A DNA stretch of 64,000 nucleotides, taken from Nanobdellati archaeon (GTDB taxonomy: Archaea; EX4484-52; GLR71). Both the position numbers and the translations under genes were made by a program. Positions within the stretch are counted from its first letter, which is position 1, and each line of letters begins with the position of its first letter. Positions 60,950 to 64,000 of this stretch are shown one piece after another. Below the pieces are notes generated by a model. That model saw only the letters and a program-made list of their open reading frames with translations. It did no database searches and had not been told where the DNA came from. The DNA is taken from assembly GCA_019429125.1 (NCBI GenBank), contig JAHYJO010000002.1, positions 2,695-66,694 on the forward strand, read 5' to 3'.

Positions 60950-62455
60950 ATGGCTGAAAGTGAAAAAAAGACATATAATCTCCAGTATCATGAGATAATT
61001 CTTCTTAAAAAATTGTCAGAAATGAAAACATCTACAGTTATTGCGCTTGATAAGATATTAGGTATTGATCAGGCTGCAGTTGTTCGCGCAGCTATGACTC
61101 TTGCACATCTTGGACTCTTAAAGATTGATGAGAGTGACAAGATGGTTGTTGCGCTGACTCGAGACGGAAAGATTGTCATAGATAAGGGTCTGCCTGAAAA
61201 ACAGCTTATTTCATATGTCATTAAAGACAAAAACGTACTTTATTCTAAAATTGATATTAAGGATAAGAATATTGCGCTTGGTTGGGCAAAAAAAGAAGGG
61301 CTTGTCGAGCTTGAGAAAGCTGGTGATGACATGGTCGTCAAGGTGACTGGTAAAGGTCAAGATTTCTATAAGGTCAAGTCTGATATTGAACTTGCACTTT
61401 TAAACATTGTTAATAATAAGCCTGTTGACAAGAATATGATTGAGATTTTAAAGAAAAGAAGGTTGATTACGGCTGAGTTTAGGACGGTTCGGACACTTTC
61501 AATGACACCTAATGGTGAAAAGATTGCAAAGTCAGTCAAGCTTGTCAAAGAGGTCAGTAAGGTCACTCCTGAACTATTAAAAGATGAAAAATGGAAAGAT
61601 GTTCAGTTCAGGAAATATAATGTTGTTGCACCTGTTTCTTCAGTCTATCCTGGGAAGAAACATTTTGTGTCACAGTCTCTTGAGTATGTAAGGCGAATTT
61701 GGCTTGAGATGGGTTTTAAGGAGATGGAAGGTAATCTTATAGCTACATCATTCTGGAATTTTGATGCGCTCTTTGTACCACAAAATCACCCTGCACGAGA
61801 AATGCAGGATACATTTTATGTTGATGTTAAAGATGGTAAGTTGCCTGATAAGAAGATTGTGGCTGATGTCAAGAAAGTGCATGAGACCGGAGATAAAGAA
61901 TCTTGTGGTTGGGAATATGACTGGAAAGAGAGTGATGCAAAGACTGTTGTCTTAAGGACACATACTACTGTACTTTCTGCGCAAACTATTGCAAATATAA
62001 AGGAATCAGATTTACCTGTTAAGTATTTTGCAATTGGTAAATGTTTTAGAAATGAAAGTCTTGATTGGAAACATCTTTTTGAATTTTATCAGATGGAAGG
62101 AATTGTGGTTGATAAGAATGCTAATTTCAAACAGCTTTTAGGATACTTAAAACAATTCTATAAAAAGATGGGATATACTGCTGTTAGGATACGACCTGCT
62201 TATTTTCCGTATACTGAAATGTCATGTGAGGTTGAGGTGTTCCATCCTCTAAAGAAGGAATGGGTTGAGCTTGGTGGTGCGGGAATATTTAGACCTGAAG
62301 TTGTCAAACCGTTGCTTGGAATTGATGTACCTGTTCTTGCATGGGGTCAGGGACTTGAAAGGATATTGAGTGAATATTATAAGATTACAGATATTAGGGA
62401 TCTTTACAAGAATGATGTCTCAAAATTGAGGTCTACAAAACTTTGGATGTGGTAA
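60950..62455 (+). CDS. pheS: phenylalanyl-tRNA synthetase alpha subunit (archaeal type)
   Basis: Class II core with FRNESLDWKHLFEFYQMEG and GAGIFRPEV motifs; N-terminal winged-helix repeats. Confidence 0.9.
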   Translation: MAESEKKTYNLQYHEIILLKKLSEMKTSTVIALDKILGIDQAAVVRAAMTLAHLGLLKIDESDKMVVALTRDGKIVIDKGLPEKQLISYVIKDKNVLYSKIDIKDKNIALGWAKKEGLVELEKAGDDMVVKVTGKGQDFYKVKSDIELALLNIVNNKPVDKNMIEILKKRRLITAEFRTVRTLSMTPNGEKIAKSVKLVKEVSKVTPELLKDEKWKDVQFRKYNVVAPVSSVYPGKKHFVSQSLEYVRRIWLEMGFKEMEGNLIATSFWNFDALFVPQNHPAREMQDTFYVDVKDGKLPDKKIVADVKKVHETGDKESCGWEYDWKESDAKTVVLRTHTTVLSAQTIANIKESDLPVKYFAIGKCFRNESLDWKHLFEFYQMEGIVVDKNANFKQLLGYLKQFYKKMGYTAVRIRPAYFPYTEMSCEVEVFHPLKKEWVELGGAGIFRPEVVKPLLGIDVPVLAWGQGLERILSEYYKITDIRDLYKNDVSKLRSTKLWMW

Positions 62456-62458
62456 ATT

Positions 62459-64000
62459 ATGCCTACAGTGAATCTGAACAAGAAAAAAGTACTTGAATAC
62501 ATAGGCAAGAATATCTCTGATGAAGTGTTGTCTGAGAAGATACCTATGATTGGCACTGATTTGGAAGAGATAACAGCGGATGAAATTGCTGTTGAAATAT
62601 TTCCTAATAGGCCTGACATGCTTTCTGAGGAAGGTTTTGCTCGCGCACTTAAAGGTTTTCTTGGTCTTGAGAAAGGATTAAGGAAATATGATGTAAATAA
62701 GAGTGATTATACGGCAACTATTGACTCGTCTGTTTCAAATATCAGGGAATTTGCAGTAGCTACGGTCATCAAAGGTTTAGATATTGATTCGGATTTTATA
62801 ATACGGCTAATGCAGGTTCAGGAAAAGTTACATACTACTCATTCGCGCAACAGGAAAAGTGCGGCAATTGGTGTGCATGATTTTGATACTGTCAGCTTTC
62901 CAATAAGGTATACTACAAAAGGCAAAGATTTTAAGTTTATACCTCTTGAAGGTAAAAGCGAGATGACAATTGAAGAGATATTAACGGTTCATCCTAAAGG
63001 AAAAGCATATGCGCATCTTGTAGATAAGGATTTATATCCGGTCTGGATTGATGCAAAAGATAAGGTTGTATCATTTCCGCCTATAATCAATGGTGTACAT
63101 ACTACTGTGACTGAGAATACTAAAAATATATTGTTGGATATTACAGGCACTGATGATAAAGTTGTGTTGCAGGCATTGAATATTATGGTCTCTATGTTAT
63201 CTGATGCAGGTGGTAAGATTTATGAGGTTGATGTTTCTGGGAAGAAGTACCCCTGTATGGTGCCTAAATTGATGGGACTTGACATAAACTATGCAAATAG
63301 GCTTTTAGGTATTGAGCTTGATGTTGAGTCTGCTATTGATTATCTTCTGATGATGGGATTTGGTGTTAAGAAAGTATCTGGGTCAGCTGTTGAGGTTTCG
63401 GTCCCTTCGTTTAGGACTGACATTCTTCATCCAATAGATCTTGTTGAAGATATTGCAATAGCTTATGGTTATGAGAACTTTGAGAGTGAGATGTCAGATG
63501 CTACAACTGTGGGTGCTGAGTTGTCTAAGGCTGTATTTTTAAGAAAAGTGTCAGAGTTGCTTGTGGGATTATCCTATCTTGAATGCAAGAGTTTTCATAT
63601 GACTAATGCAAAGACGCTTTTTGAGAGGATGAATCATGAGGTATCTAAAGATTTAGTCCGTACTACAAATGCAGTCAATATTGAATATGATGCTTTGCGG
63701 TACAGGTTACTTTCCGGACTTATGAAGATACTTTCTGAAAATACTCATAATGAATATCCACAGAATCTTTTTGAGGCCGGTACGGTCATATCAAAGGATG
63801 ATTCCTCAGAAACAAATGTTTTGGAATCTACAAATATTGCAATGGTTTCTGCTGGGCTTACGTCTGATTTTTCTTCGATGAAAGCTGTAATTGAGACGTT
63901 TGCTTTGAATCTAGAGGTTGCTATCGGGTTTGAAGAGTATGAGGATCCGTCTTTTATATCTGGGCGTTGCGCAAAATTAGTTCTTTCGGGTCTACAGATT
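62459..64000 (+). CDS. pheT: phenylalanyl-tRNA synthetase beta subunit (archaeal type), N-terminal ~514 aa; continues past the window end
   Basis: Open frame from the ATG at 62459 to the window edge. B3/4 and B5-like regions are present; immediately downstream of pheS. Confidence 0.85.
   Translation, partial: MPTVNLNKKKVLEYIGKNISDEVLSEKIPMIGTDLEEITADEIAVEIFPNRPDMLSEEGFARALKGFLGLEKGLRKYDVNKSDYTATIDSSVSNIREFAVATVIKGLDIDSDFIIRLMQVQEKLHTTHSRNRKSAAIGVHDFDTVSFPIRYTTKGKDFKFIPLEGKSEMTIEEILTVHPKGKAYAHLVDKDLYPVWIDAKDKVVSFPPIINGVHTTVTENTKNILLDITGTDDKVVLQALNIMVSMLSDAGGKIYEVDVSGKKYPCMVPKLMGLDINYANRLLGIELDVESAIDYLLMMGFGVKKVSGSAVEVSVPSFRTDILHPIDLVEDIAIAYGYENFESEMSDATTVGAELSKAVFLRKVSELLVGLSYLECKSFHMTNAKTLFERMNHEVSKDLVRTTNAVNIEYDALRYRLLSGLMKILSENTHNEYPQNLFEAGTVISKDDSSETNVLESTNIAMVSAGLTSDFSSMKAVIETFALNLEVAIGFEEYEDPSFISGRCAKLVLSGLQI

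Overview
This 64-kb window is AT-rich, and every informative gene is archaeal-type, so the replicon is archaeal; a small-genome, DPANN-like lineage is only a guess from composition. The core is the archaeal ribosomal superoperon in two blocks with tRNAs interspersed. Block one runs L3 to L15, then SecY and a DUF106/YidC-like protein, then L34e, L14e and Cbf5. Block two is S13-S4-S11-RpoD, tRNA-Leu, L18e-L13-S9-RpoN, tRNA-Glu and a second tRNA-Leu. Downstream lies an rRNA operon, 16S, then tRNA-Ala, then 23S, with no 5S. Upstream of the ribosomal blocks are a MoxR / DUF58 / vWA (Bat-like) operon, a decayed cytosine-5 DNA methyltransferase pseudogene, and an ArsP-like permease preceded by a tiny Cys-tailed peptide. 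Downstream are GlyRS, PheS and PheT, a DEAD-box helicase with an RGG/SG tail, a putative metal-handling membrane cluster, and hypothetical membrane proteins. Features that an ORF track cannot show are: three tRNAs (Leu-TAA, His-GTG, Ala-TGC) each interrupted by an intron at the same non-canonical T-loop position; an RNase P RNA; a family of about 165-bp MITE-like elements (three full copies plus one fragment, two with target-site duplications); a 12-nt tandem array; a G7 homopolymer frameshift; and a pervasive GGTGAT Shine-Dalgarno motif used here to refine operon-internal start codons. Nothing could be searched or folded here, so protein calls rest on motifs I recognise.
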